64,000 nt of DNA, taken from positions 17,173-81,172 of the forward strand of contig CAIKMX010000037.1 of the NCBI GenBank assembly GCA_903828655.1. The letters are read 5' to 3'. The DNA is from an uncultured archaeon (GTDB taxonomy: Archaea > Nanobdellota > Nanobdellia > Pacearchaeales > GW2011-AR1). Position numbers and translations under genes: made by a program. The notes beneath the pieces were generated by a model, which did no database searches, was not told the origin of the DNA, and saw nothing but the letters and a program-made list of their open reading frames with translations. This document shows positions 10,593 through 19,572 of the stretch, one piece after another (position 1 is the stretch's first letter; the number at the start of each line of letters is the position of its first letter).

Positions 10593-10680
10593 TCTTTATG
10601 TTTATATTGCCAAAATTTAAATAAACAAAAGTTGCCAAGTATGTCAACGGATTGGGAGATACCAAAAATTGCGCGAATAA
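10593..10680 (+). repeat. R1 modular intergenic repeat, copy a (module A)
   Basis: Has ttgccaagtatgtcaacggattgggagataccaaaaa. It is preceded at 10561-10590 by module B, tgtggaggaatcgttttgttaggagc. Confidence 0.6.
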
Positions 10681-10710
10681 ATTTATATACTCTAGTTTGT
10701 ATTTAGTTCC

Positions 10711-11055
10711 ATGACAAGGGGTGCGCATCATATACATAGACATGTTAAGAAGAGGGTGAGTGAGAGACATGTTGAAGAGAAAATCGAGGATTCTGCTTTT
10801 AGAAGAGGAATTGACAAACTTGTTTTGATTATCGCTTTTTTAGCTCCTCTTGTTGAACTGCCTCAGTTGATTGAAATTTATGCACTTAAGGCTGCTGGAA
10901 GTGTTTCTTTACTAACTTGGAGTATGTTTGTTGTATTTGGAGTTCCTTGGTTGATTTATGGGATTATACATAAGGAGAAGCCGGTGATAATCTTGTATTC
11001 ATTATGGATAATAATTGATTCTGCGATTGTTGTTGGAATATTACTGTATGGGTGA
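10711..11055 (+). CDS. small PQ-loop (SemiSWEET-like) membrane protein
   Basis: 114 aa. LAPLVELPQLIEIYALK carries the PQ motif at the start of TM1, followed by two more helices. The N-terminal 45 aa is basic and non-membrane. Confidence 0.45.
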   Translation: MTRGAHHIHRHVKKRVSERHVEEKIEDSAFRRGIDKLVLIIAFLAPLVELPQLIEIYALKAAGSVSLLTWSMFVVFGVPWLIYGIIHKEKPVIILYSLWIIIDSAIVVGILLYG

Positions 11056-11091
11056 TAACTGGTCTTGTTGCTGGTGCATAAAATTAAAAAT

Positions 11092-11215
11092 GGACAATGT
11101 TGTCAACGGATTTGGATGTTACTGAGAAGCGAGCCCGGAGGGCGAGCGTTGATTGTCGCTCGAAACTGGACTCCGTCACATTTTCTCGCTCTCTCGTAAT
11201 TTTTGTGAATGGATA
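11092..11215 (+). repeat. R1 modular intergenic repeat, copy b
   Basis: Has gttgtcaacggatttggatgttac, aagcgagcccggagggcgagcg, tgtcgctcg...ctcgctctctcgtaatttttgtgaatgg. It aligns with the copies at 19923 and 22510. Confidence 0.65.
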
Positions 11216-11272
11216 ATATTTTTACATGATCGGCAGTTATTTATTACAAATGTTTTTGGCAGAGAAACAAAA

Positions 11273-11626
11273 TTATCTCTTGAGAACTCTTGCTTTCATT
11301 GTTCTTGGTTTTAGAAGATTCTTGAGATCTTCGAAAACTTGTCTTGCTTTGTCGTCGTTATTTCCTGTTGCATTGCAGGTGAAGATATCTAATTGTAGTG
11401 AATTCTTTTTTTCTGGCCAGGTATGAATTGAGACGTGAGATTCTGAAATAATAAAAACTCCCGTGAAACCAGCTTTGGGAAATTTGTAAAAACATCTTCC
11501 AACAATATGAAGCCCAGATCTTTTTATTATGTGTTCTGCTTTTCTTTCGAATAGTTTCTCGTCGAGAAGCAGACGTTTGTCTAAACATTCATAAAAGTTA
11601 GCTATAAAATGTATCCCCTCCATCAA
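11273..11626 (-). CDS. speH: S-adenosylmethionine decarboxylase proenzyme, SpeH type (pyruvoyl-dependent)
   Basis: 117 aa. ESHVSIHTWPE is the classic class-1b AdoMetDC self-processing motif. The size matches archaeal/Bacillus SpeH. Confidence 0.85.
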   Translation of the reverse strand: MMEGIHFIANFYECLDKRLLLDEKLFERKAEHIIKRSGLHIVGRCFYKFPKAGFTGVFIISESHVSIHTWPEKKNSLQLDIFTCNATGNNDDKARQVFEDLKNLLKPRTMKARVLKR

Positions 11627-11701
11627 TTATATATAAAAAATCTATTTATAAATTTATTTCTCAATAGAAAGAGTTTTAATCTTGCGTTATTTAGGTATTT
11701 T

Positions 11702-12388
11702 ATGATAGATTTCAACAAACTTATAGACAAATATCTTGAGAGAGAATTTAGACCAAAACAGATTGGGAGGTATTACCCCTCGGAAATTGGAGGGTGCTTA
11801 AGGAAAACTTGGTATTCATATAAGGTACCTAAAGCGACGGATACTAAACTCGCTAGAGTATTTGAGGCTGGAAATATGCTTCATGAGTTTATTGCTGAAG
11901 TGATAAAGAGTGAAAAGAATAAGGATGTTGAATTGCTTCAAAGTGAAATGCCTATCCAGATAAAAACTAAAGATTTTGTCATCTCGGGGAGGATTGACAA
12001 TCTTGTTTTGTTAAAGGTTTGTGATATTAATGGAAAATTTAAGGATGATGACTGTAAACAGGTTTTATTAGAAGTTAAATCTACAAAGTTTTTGCCTGAA
12101 TTTTGCAAAAAGGAACATGAAATGCAATTGCAGCTTTATATGAGGGCTACAGGTGTTGAGAATGGAATTGTTTTATATGTTCAGAAGGATAATATTGAGA
12201 CTAAATGGTTTGATGTTAAGCTGAATGTTGTTGAGGGAGAGAAGATTATCGAGAGGTTTGAAAAAATACACGAATCGCTTGTTTGTGGAAAGATGCCTAT
12301 TGCTGAAGCTAAGATGAATAAAGAGGATAAATGGATGTGTGATTATTGTCCTTGGAAGGAAGAATGCGATAAGGAAGGTAGTTTTTGA
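11702..12388 (+). CDS. Cas4-like PD-(D/E)xK nuclease with a four-Cys cluster (stand-alone)
   Basis: An N-terminal Cys (EIGGCLRK), the D...EVKST (ExK) nuclease core and a C-terminal CDYCPWKEEC give the Cas4/AddB-type C...Cx2Cx5C Fe-S arrangement. No cas genes nearby. The ORF track starts at 11609, but 11702 avoids overlap with speH. Confidence 0.6.
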   Translation: MIDFNKLIDKYLEREFRPKQIGRYYPSEIGGCLRKTWYSYKVPKATDTKLARVFEAGNMLHEFIAEVIKSEKNKDVELLQSEMPIQIKTKDFVISGRIDNLVLLKVCDINGKFKDDDCKQVLLEVKSTKFLPEFCKKEHEMQLQLYMRATGVENGIVLYVQKDNIETKWFDVKLNVVEGEKIIERFEKIHESLVCGKMPIAEAKMNKEDKWMCDYCPWKEECDKEGSF

Positions 12389-12423
12389 GTAAGATTTAAA
12401 TAAACTGGAATGGTGTCTAGTCC

Positions 12424-13620
12424 ATGGGAAGAGGGTTTACATTTTTTGTTTTTTTGGCTTTAGCTGTTTCTCTTTTAGTTTTAGTTGGATTAAGGTTTAC
12501 GGGCTTTGTTCCTCTCAATACTCAAGACACTAGTCCTTGTACTGTTGATTTTAATGAAGATGGAGCTATTGATTTGCAAGATTTTGGAGTATTGAAGGAT
12601 AATTTTGGAGCTACGGATATCTCTGGAAACTATTCTTTTTGGAGAAGAGGTGATGCAAATCTTGATGGGGTAATTGATATTCAGGATTTTGGGTTGGTTA
12701 AGGGTAACTTTGGACAGAATGCTTCGGGGTGTCCGAATTTCTGTTCTAAGGTTATTAATTGTTCTGGAGAGATATTAGATGGTTGTTGTCCTGGAAAATG
12801 TTTGGGTATTGAAGACCTTGACTGTGTGCAAGATGGGGTTTTAATGAATTCTTTATGGACCGCGAACAGCGATGTTTTAGTGGATGGTGCATGGGAGAGT
12901 TCTTCGTGTTCTGAAGCGCTTAGTGTTGTTGATTCTGGAGAGGGGAGTGGAGAGTATGCTCTTCGGGCGGATTCTTCTAATAAAAATTATTGTTGTGTTC
13001 AGAATTCTTATGGATATCATTGCTATAATCTTTATGTGGTGAATAAATTTCCTAAACTTATGAGGTCCTGGGGGGGAGAAATGTACATTAACTTAAAAAA
13101 TGTGGATTTTTCTTATAGTGATGTTAATGGGCTTGCGGTGCTGGGGGCGTATAATACTCTTTCTAGTGGGAATAGAGATTTTACAATTCTGGCTCGTGCA
13201 AAAACTGGTGGAAGGGGGAATCTTTGTTTTAGTTATTTCTGGCCTTGGATGGGTTCTGCTGCAATGTGTGGCCCAGATCAAAGTGTTGATATCTCAAAGG
13301 CTATGTGGGAATCTTGGATAAAGGTTGAGTGGTGGTTTAGTAATAATTCAAATCTTTATGTTAAAGTTGGAAATACTAGTTGGAGTGATGACTGGCGTTT
13401 TGTTCCAGTTCAGAATCCTGACTCCACGCCTAATTACGTGGAGGTTTGTGATGCTTCGGCTGGTTGTGCTAGGTCCGGTTATTTTTGTGATAATGGGATA
13501 TGTAAGACGGATTTTGATAATGTGAGAGTTGGGTGGGTTAGTTCTTATCTTAATGGTAATGTTATGATTAAAAACGTAAAACTTTATGACGGTAATTTTA
13601 TTCCAGATAATTTACCTTAA
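12424..13620 (+). CDS. secreted Cys-rich protein with N-terminal tandem dockerin-like repeats
   Basis: A signal/TM segment (FVFLALAVSLLVLVGL) is followed by VDFNEDGAIDLQDFGVLKDNFG and GDANLDGVIDIQDFGLVKGNFG. Confidence 0.6.
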   Translation: MGRGFTFFVFLALAVSLLVLVGLRFTGFVPLNTQDTSPCTVDFNEDGAIDLQDFGVLKDNFGATDISGNYSFWRRGDANLDGVIDIQDFGLVKGNFGQNASGCPNFCSKVINCSGEILDGCCPGKCLGIEDLDCVQDGVLMNSLWTANSDVLVDGAWESSSCSEALSVVDSGEGSGEYALRADSSNKNYCCVQNSYGYHCYNLYVVNKFPKLMRSWGGEMYINLKNVDFSYSDVNGLAVLGAYNTLSSGNRDFTILARAKTGGRGNLCFSYFWPWMGSAAMCGPDQSVDISKAMWESWIKVEWWFSNNSNLYVKVGNTSWSDDWRFVPVQNPDSTPNYVEVCDASAGCARSGYFCDNGICKTDFDNVRVGWVSSYLNGNVMIKNVKLYDGNFIPDNLP

Positions 13621-13681
13621 ACTTGGGAGATATATTTAGCTCTCTTGAATAAAAAAGAATTAAGTTAAAATTAAAATTGGT

Positions 13682-13900
13682 TTATTTGTGTCTGCATGGG
13701 CATAAACTGCCTAAAGCAATTAATGCTGCAGCAATTGTTATTGCTATTGGAGCCCAAGATGGAGAAGGATTCCACCAAACTAATACTACGATTAGTATTG
13801 GTAATAACCAACTACCACAAGAACACATGGGGCATCTTTTCGCGGAACATGATTCGTCTTTCATATTCTCGATTTTTTGGCCCCTTTTTCTTTTTGCCAT
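13682..13900 (-). CDS. small hypothetical membrane protein with CxxC / CPC motifs
   Basis: 72 aa (MAKRKRGQKIENMKDESCSAKRCPMCSCGSWLLPILIVVLVWW...). A TATA-like gatataaatac sits about 30 nt upstream on the minus strand. Alternative plus-strand ORFs overlap it. Confidence 0.35.
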   Translation of the reverse strand: MAKRKRGQKIENMKDESCSAKRCPMCSCGSWLLPILIVVLVWWNPSPSWAPIAITIAAALIALGSLCPCRHK

Positions 13901-14057
13901 GGATTATTATGGAATATGGAGTATTTATATCTTATCTTAAGGGAACCAAGGTTTTGACTTGCAAGCTCTCTTGAGCACCATGACAGTTCAACCCTCCTGT
14001 TACAAAACCTTTTAAACGAACTTTATTTTGTAGGTTCAAAGGATGTAAAATATTAAA

Positions 14058-14696
14058 ATGCTTCAAACTATTCTCGATTTGTTCTTGCACTTAGATGCTT
14101 ATCTGATAGGGGTTGTCATGAAATATGGTTTGTTGGCTTATCCTATTTTATTTGTTGTTATCTTTCTTGAGACGGGAGTTGTTGTAGCTCCATTCTTGCC
14201 AGGGGATTCTTTGATATTTGTTGCGGGAGCTCTTTCTTCACAGGGTTTGTTAAGTTTTATGTGGCTTTTTATTACGATTAGTCTTGCAGCGGTTTTAGGA
14301 GATAGTGTTAATTATTTTATTGGGAAGTTTATTGGACGCAGAGTTACCAAAATTAAGTTTGTCAACGAAGAGCATATAGAGAAAACTGAAAAGTTTTATG
14401 AACAACATGGGGGCAAGACATTGATTATTGCACGTTTTATCCCTGTCGTTAGAACTTTTGCTCCCTTTATAGCGGGTGTTGGAAAAATGAAATACTCAAG
14501 ATTCTTTTCATATAATGTAATTGGGGGATTGTTATGGGTTGCAATTTTCTTATCTTTAGGTTTCTTCTTTGGGAATCTTCCTTTTGTTAAAAATAATTTA
14601 AGCGCGATAATTATATTCATAGTCTTATTTTCTTTTGTGCCAGGAATATACAAATTTTTTATGAATCGGATAAAGAAGATGATTGGGAAGAAATAA
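14058..14696 (+). CDS. DedA/TVP38-family membrane protein
   Basis: 212 aa with GDSLIFVAGAL and IARFIPVVRTFAPFIAGVGKM, typical DedA (SNARE-associated) motifs. Confidence 0.75.
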   Translation: MLQTILDLFLHLDAYLIGVVMKYGLLAYPILFVVIFLETGVVVAPFLPGDSLIFVAGALSSQGLLSFMWLFITISLAAVLGDSVNYFIGKFIGRRVTKIKFVNEEHIEKTEKFYEQHGGKTLIIARFIPVVRTFAPFIAGVGKMKYSRFFSYNVIGGLLWVAIFLSLGFFFGNLPFVKNNLSAIIIFIVLFSFVPGIYKFFMNRIKKMIGKK

Positions 14697-14710
14697 AATC
14701 ATTGCGGGAT

Positions 14711-15412
14711 TTATTTTTTATAATTAGTCAACTTTTTCTCTTGCCAATATTGATAGAGTGGGCCTATGAAGGCTCCGGCAAAAAAGCCCCATATAAGATC
14801 TTCTATTGGTGCTGTTAAAATAGTTATACCTGATAAGTTTTCCATGAACCAGTAAGTCTTTACCCACCCAGGGGTTATTAGTTGTGGAACTATGAACCAG
14901 ACCAATCCGATTATAGCTAATAATATGCCTGAAAGTATAGAGTCTACTATGAGATCTTTTCTTTTGTACCAGATATAAATTATAGGTATTGCAAATGCGA
15001 TTAGTGATGAATAGAATGTATGAATCTTAAATAAGTAAACGCATACTAAAAAGATTACTGCTAATAAAATCAGGGGTATTGCAATTTTAATTTTTTTAAG
15101 TTCTGTCTCTTTCTTTTTCTTCACTTTAAGATTTATTCTTTTATTAAAAATGATTAGATAGATTACTGCTGATATGCCTGCTGTGACAAAACCAAAGAGA
15201 AAATCTTCTATTCCTACTGAAGTGTTTGTTATTGTGAGCGGATGCCACCAGTCTATTAGGTATGTAGGTTCTACGAGGACCCCGATAACTCCAAAGACTA
15301 GTGAAACTATAAGCATCTCTTTTCTTATATCTTTCCTTAGATAGTATAAAACGAACCATACTAATAGCAGGGCTAAGTCTGCGATCATATAGCTGTATGT
15401 GTAGTTCACCAT
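14711..15412 (-). CDS. polytopic membrane protein of unknown function
   Basis: About 7 hydrophobic helices. The ORF track starts at 15451, but that would overlap the tRNA, so the internal Met at 15412 is preferred. Confidence 0.45.
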   Translation of the reverse strand: MVNYTYSYMIADLALLLVWFVLYYLRKDIRKEMLIVSLVFGVIGVLVEPTYLIDWWHPLTITNTSVGIEDFLFGFVTAGISAVIYLIIFNKRINLKVKKKKETELKKIKIAIPLILLAVIFLVCVYLFKIHTFYSSLIAFAIPIIYIWYKRKDLIVDSILSGILLAIIGLVWFIVPQLITPGWVKTYWFMENLSGITILTAPIEDLIWGFFAGAFIGPLYQYWQEKKLTNYKK

Positions 15413-15421
15413 CTTTTTAAG

Positions 15422-15493
15422 CGGGCTCACGAGGAATTGAACCTCGATCAACGGGGCCGAAACCCGCTATTCTATCCATTAAACTATAAGCCC
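15422..15493 (-). tRNA. tRNA-Arg (anticodon UCG)
   Basis: Hand-folded cloverleaf of 72 nt. Acceptor stem GGGCUUA/UGAGCCC (one G-U pair). D-arm GUUU-AAUGGAUA-GAAU. Anticodon stem GCGGG/CCCGU, loop UUUCGGC. Variable loop 4 nt. T-arm CGAGG-UUCAAUU-CCUCG. Discriminator G. CCA is not encoded. Confidence 0.8.
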
Positions 15494-15667
15494 AAGCTTT
15501 GCGAGGACTTATAGGAGGATGGAGAGGTTTTTAATCTCTCCTTAAACTATAAGCCCTTATGGGAACCAAGGTTTCCCTTAAGTTCACCCTTCCTATTAAG
15601 AGAGTGATGCCTCTTTAAAAAGATTTGGCGAGACGTTTTTAATTCCCGTAGATTTTAATTTCACTAA

Positions 15668-15680
15668 TTTTATAAATGAG
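15668..15680 (+). promoter_or_regulatory. TATA-box-like element upstream of the protease gene
   Basis: ttttataaatgag lies about 25 nt upstream of the ATG at 15698. Confidence 0.3.
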
Positions 15681-15697
15681 GCTTTCTTTGACATTGG

Positions 15698-16546
15698 ATG
15701 CAAAAAAATCATGTGATAACAATTTCTGTAAGTATTATGGTTGTTTTTTTAGTTGTACAAGCGAGCATGATATATTTTGTGATGTATCAAACTAATAGGA
15801 CAATGAATTCTGTGAACCAGTCGGTTTCTGATTTAACTGATAAAATAGATTCTAATAAAAGAGAGACTCAAGCAAACTTTAATAGTTTAGCGGTGATTAT
15901 TTCCAATATATCGGCTGTACAGTCTAGTTTGCAGAATGAGGTTGCGACAGTTAAGGCCAATTCTAATTCGGATTTTTCTGATATAATCTCTAGGGAGATT
16001 GAAGGGGTTGTTACAATAAAGACGGATCTAGCACAGGGAACGGGATTTTTTATTAGTTCTGATGGATACATTGTTACTAATTATCATGTGATTGAGGGCG
16101 CAAGAGCTGCGGGGGCATTTACTCATGATGGGACTAATCATCAAGTCACTCTTGTGGGTTATGATGCTAATATAGATGTTGCTCTGCTCAAAACCTCGGG
16201 GAGTTTTACTAGGTTGAGTTTTGGAGACTCGGATAGTGTTAAGGTTGGCCAAAAGGTTCTTGCAATAGGAAATCCGTTAGGATTAAGTTTTACGGCTACG
16301 CAAGGAATAATATCGGCTATAGACCGTCCCGGGATAAATGACTTGCCTTATTATTTTCAGACGGATGTTCCATTGAATCCTGGAAATTCTGGGGGACCCT
16401 TAATTGATACTAGTGGTAATGTCGTCGGAATAAATAATTTCAAGGCCCAGGGGGCGGATAGTATCGGGTTTGCTTTGGAAAGCAATAGGGCAAAAGATGC
16501 TGTAAATGGTATTGCTATGGCTGATTTGAATATGACCTTGGTGTAA
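15698..16546 (+). CDS. membrane-anchored trypsin-like serine protease (S1C/HtrA-like catalytic domain, no PDZ)
   Basis: An N-terminal TM helix and coiled coil are followed by GTGFFISSDGYIVTNYHV (His), DVALLK (Asp) and GNSGGPLID (Ser). Confidence 0.8.
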   Translation: MQKNHVITISVSIMVVFLVVQASMIYFVMYQTNRTMNSVNQSVSDLTDKIDSNKRETQANFNSLAVIISNISAVQSSLQNEVATVKANSNSDFSDIISREIEGVVTIKTDLAQGTGFFISSDGYIVTNYHVIEGARAAGAFTHDGTNHQVTLVGYDANIDVALLKTSGSFTRLSFGDSDSVKVGQKVLAIGNPLGLSFTATQGIISAIDRPGINDLPYYFQTDVPLNPGNSGGPLIDTSGNVVGINNFKAQGADSIGFALESNRAKDAVNGIAMADLNMTLV

Positions 16547-16801
16547 ATGCATTTTTTTATTTCTCGGCTATAATAATATTTTGGTAACATCTGTGGAGGA
16601 ATCATCGGGGTATGCGCATTTTTAGGTTGTTAAGCATTTTACATATAAACTTTGTTAAATAAACCTGTGAAGAATGAGAAGATACTAAAAGTAGGGTTTG
16701 GAGGTGAGGAGTATTAGTTATTTGCATGTTTTACAAGATTATTATTATTATTATTTTAAAAACATAGAAATATTTATAAAGGATATAGTGTTAACATATT
16801 T

Positions 16802-17980
16802 ATGAAAAAGTGGTTGGTGGCTGTTCTTATCGTCGTTGCTTTGGTGATTGTTGTTTTCGTTGGATTTAAAATAACTGGCAATGTTCCTCTTTATGTAGGA
16901 GATAAGGGTCCTTGTGCTGTTGATTTTAATGAAGATGGAATTGTGGATATACAAGACTTTGGAATGTTGAGGGATAATTTTGGAATTGAGTCTGGAGCGA
17001 ATTTTTCCCAGGGAGATGCTAATGAAGATGGGATGATTGATATACAAGACTTTGGATTGTTGAAGGATAATTTTGGTCAGATTGCAGATGGTTGTACTGT
17101 TCCCCCTATTTATGTTATTGATTCTTGTACTGCAGATATAAATCATGATGGGATTGTGAATTCTGCGGATATGTATCTTGTAGGTGATAATTTGGATAGA
17201 AATGATTGTGCCTTGGTTAACAGAAGATGTAATGGGACGGATGTAAATCAAGATGGCGGAGTTGACATACAAGATTTGGGGATGGTTAAGGATCATCTTA
17301 ATGAAACTGCTATTAATTGTCCTGATTATGTGCCTCCTTGTGTAGGTGGTGATTGCAGTTTTCAATTCGAGGCGGGAAGTGATACTTATTTGATGCTGAA
17401 TGATTTTCCTTTTAAGGATGCTGTTTATGATTTAAAGATACTATACGGAGATCGGTACGGAAATTCTACGTTTTATGGAGTAGGAAGCGATAGTAGTAAT
17501 CGATTAGCGGTTCCAGTTTCTTCTTATTTGAAGAATCTTTCATTTAATGCAGGCACTGATAGTTATTTTGTGGCTAGCAATATTAATACCTCTGAGTCTT
17601 ACCTAATGAAAGCTACAAATTTCAAGATTGCTAGTGGTACTAATAAGACTACGATACAATATAGAAAGGCTGATGGTTGGGCTACATTGAAAGAAGATGC
17701 TGCTAAAGATGATACTGCAACAATTGGTAACGTTGGTTTAACTATTGGAAAGGTAGATTATCAACAAAGAACGGTAGTAATCAAACCAGATGCCGATGTA
17801 AGTTTTACTAGAATTTATGCTAGAGATGGGAGATATATGGATTTACCAACCACAGACAGATTTCCACGGGCAGTATATAATTTTGTCGTTTATAACCCTG
17901 CTGGGACTATTAATCGGAATGTAACTGCATATTGGGATCGTTCTCTTCCTACGCCTGTTGTTGCACTTCTTTATAATTAA
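16802..17980 (+). CDS. secreted protein with two tandem dockerin-like modules (four Ca-binding repeats)
   Basis: After the signal, VDFNEDGIVDIQDFGMLRDNFG, GDANEDGMIDIQDFGLLKDNFG, DINHDGIVNSADMYLVGDNL and DVNQDGGVDIQDLGMVKDHL. The C-terminal beta-rich domain is unknown. Confidence 0.6.
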   Translation: MKKWLVAVLIVVALVIVVFVGFKITGNVPLYVGDKGPCAVDFNEDGIVDIQDFGMLRDNFGIESGANFSQGDANEDGMIDIQDFGLLKDNFGQIADGCTVPPIYVIDSCTADINHDGIVNSADMYLVGDNLDRNDCALVNRRCNGTDVNQDGGVDIQDLGMVKDHLNETAINCPDYVPPCVGGDCSFQFEAGSDTYLMLNDFPFKDAVYDLKILYGDRYGNSTFYGVGSDSSNRLAVPVSSYLKNLSFNAGTDSYFVASNINTSESYLMKATNFKIASGTNKTTIQYRKADGWATLKEDAAKDDTATIGNVGLTIGKVDYQQRTVVIKPDADVSFTRIYARDGRYMDLPTTDRFPRAVYNFVVYNPAGTINRNVTAYWDRSLPTPVVALLYN

Positions 17981-18034
17981 AATTTCTTTTTTATTTTTCA
18001 AAACATTTAAAACCTTTAGTTAATTGATTGATTT

Positions 18035-19528
18035 ATGGGAGATAAAGATAAAGCTAAAGAAGTGCGAGAGAAGATTACATTTAATGTTTCTAAAGAAAAT
18101 AATTTTTCTGAATGGTATTCTGAAATATTACAGAAGGCGGAAGTTACGGACATACGTTATGGGGTAAAAGGATTTGTTGTTATAAGGCCCTGGGGGGCTC
18201 GTACAATAGAGAAAATGTATAAGATATATGAATCTGCTCTGCAAAGGACGGGGCATCAGCCTGCGATGTTTCCTACAGTGATTCCTGCATCTAATTTTAA
18301 GAAAGAGAGTTCACATGTTGAAGGATTTACGCCAGAAGTATTTTGGCTTGAAAAGGGAAAAGATGATGCTGATGAAGAAGATAGATTAGCTTTGAGACCT
18401 ACTTCTGAAACTGCTTTTTATCAGATGTATAGTTTATGGATAAGATCTTGGAGAGATTTGCCACTCAAGATTTATCAGAGAGCAAATGTTTTCCGTTATG
18501 AAACAAAAGCTACTCGTCCGCTTATTAGGGCGAGAGAGTTTTATTGGATTGAGGCACATGATGCATTTGCCACACTTTTGGAGGCAGAGAAGCAAGTACA
18601 AGAAGATATCAAGATGACTGATGCTATAATGCATAATATCTTTGGCGTGCCTTTCTTGCCTATGAAGAGGCCCGAGTGGGATAAATTTCCTGGGGCAGTT
18701 TATACTGTTGGCTCTGATTCGATATTGCCTGATGGAAAGATAATACAGCAGCCTTCAACACATTTACTTGGACAGCATTTCTCTAAAGCTTTTGATGTAA
18801 AATTTGTAGATGAGAAAGAAAAAGAAGAGTTTGTTTATCAGACTTGTTATGGGCCTGCAATTTCAAGAATACTTGCAAGTGTTGTAGCTATGCATGGAGA
18901 TGATAAGGGATTGATATTGCCTTATGCTATCGCTCCAACACAAGTTGTAATTGTTCCTATTTATGATGCTAAAAATAAAAAGAAAGTTCTCGAGGCTGCG
19001 GAAAAAATATCTTTGGAGTTGTTTGAAGAAAGAATTGATGTTGAGATTGATGATTCTGAAAAAAGACCTGGAGAAAAATATTTCTTCTGGGAGATGAAGG
19101 GAGTACCATTTAGAGTTGAAATTGGCGAGAGAGAATTGAAAGAGGGAAAAGTTACTGTTTTTATAAGAGATATTGGGGAGAGGGTTTCAAAGAGAATTGA
19201 GGGTTTAGCAGAGGAGATAGAAGATTTGGGTGCTGAATATGATGTTCGTTTAATTAAGAAGGCGGATAAATATTTCAAGGATGTGGTTGTTGATTGTTCT
19301 AGTAAAGAAGAGATCAAGAATGCTCTTGATAATAAAAAGATTGCAAGATTCAGTTTTTGTTCTGCTTCTCATGAAGGAGAAAAGTGTGCAGGTTATATTG
19401 AGAAAGAGTTGCAGGCGAGAGTGATGGGAACTCGAGCGGATAAAGAAGAAAAGCCTTCTGCTAGCGATAAATGTCCTTTTTGTGGTAAAAAAGCGAATGT
19501 GGTGATTTATGCGGGGAAGAGCTATTGA
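18035..19528 (+). CDS. proS: prolyl-tRNA synthetase, archaeal/eukaryal type
   Basis: 497 aa. Class II motifs (FRYE...RPLIRAREFYW...) and a C-terminal zinc-binding CPFCGKK typical of archaeal-type ProRS. Confidence 0.9.
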   Translation: MGDKDKAKEVREKITFNVSKENNFSEWYSEILQKAEVTDIRYGVKGFVVIRPWGARTIEKMYKIYESALQRTGHQPAMFPTVIPASNFKKESSHVEGFTPEVFWLEKGKDDADEEDRLALRPTSETAFYQMYSLWIRSWRDLPLKIYQRANVFRYETKATRPLIRAREFYWIEAHDAFATLLEAEKQVQEDIKMTDAIMHNIFGVPFLPMKRPEWDKFPGAVYTVGSDSILPDGKIIQQPSTHLLGQHFSKAFDVKFVDEKEKEEFVYQTCYGPAISRILASVVAMHGDDKGLILPYAIAPTQVVIVPIYDAKNKKKVLEAAEKISLELFEERIDVEIDDSEKRPGEKYFFWEMKGVPFRVEIGERELKEGKVTVFIRDIGERVSKRIEGLAEEIEDLGAEYDVRLIKKADKYFKDVVVDCSSKEEIKNALDNKKIARFSFCSASHEGEKCAGYIEKELQARVMGTRADKEEKPSASDKCPFCGKKANVVIYAGKSY

Positions 19529-19572
19529 TTATTTTTTGCATAAAGTAACCTTTAAATACCAAAAAATTTTCT

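Noticed and set aside
11609-11701. N-terminal 31 codons of the ORF-track call for the Cas4-like gene
   Set aside because: This would overlap the speH coding region on the opposite strand and encode a low-complexity peptide. The internal Met at 11702 begins the conserved nuclease sequence.
13677-13974. Two overlapping plus-strand ORFs (87 and 92 aa)
   Set aside because: They overlap each other and the better-supported minus-strand small ORF (13682-13900), which has a plausible TATA element. They are likely frame noise.
15543-15556. Possible second tRNA gene suggested by the GGGCTTATAGTTTAAG copy
   Set aside because: Only the first 16 nt match. No D-, anticodon- or T-arm follows. It is treated as a partial duplicate or structured leader, reported as a finding, not as a gene.
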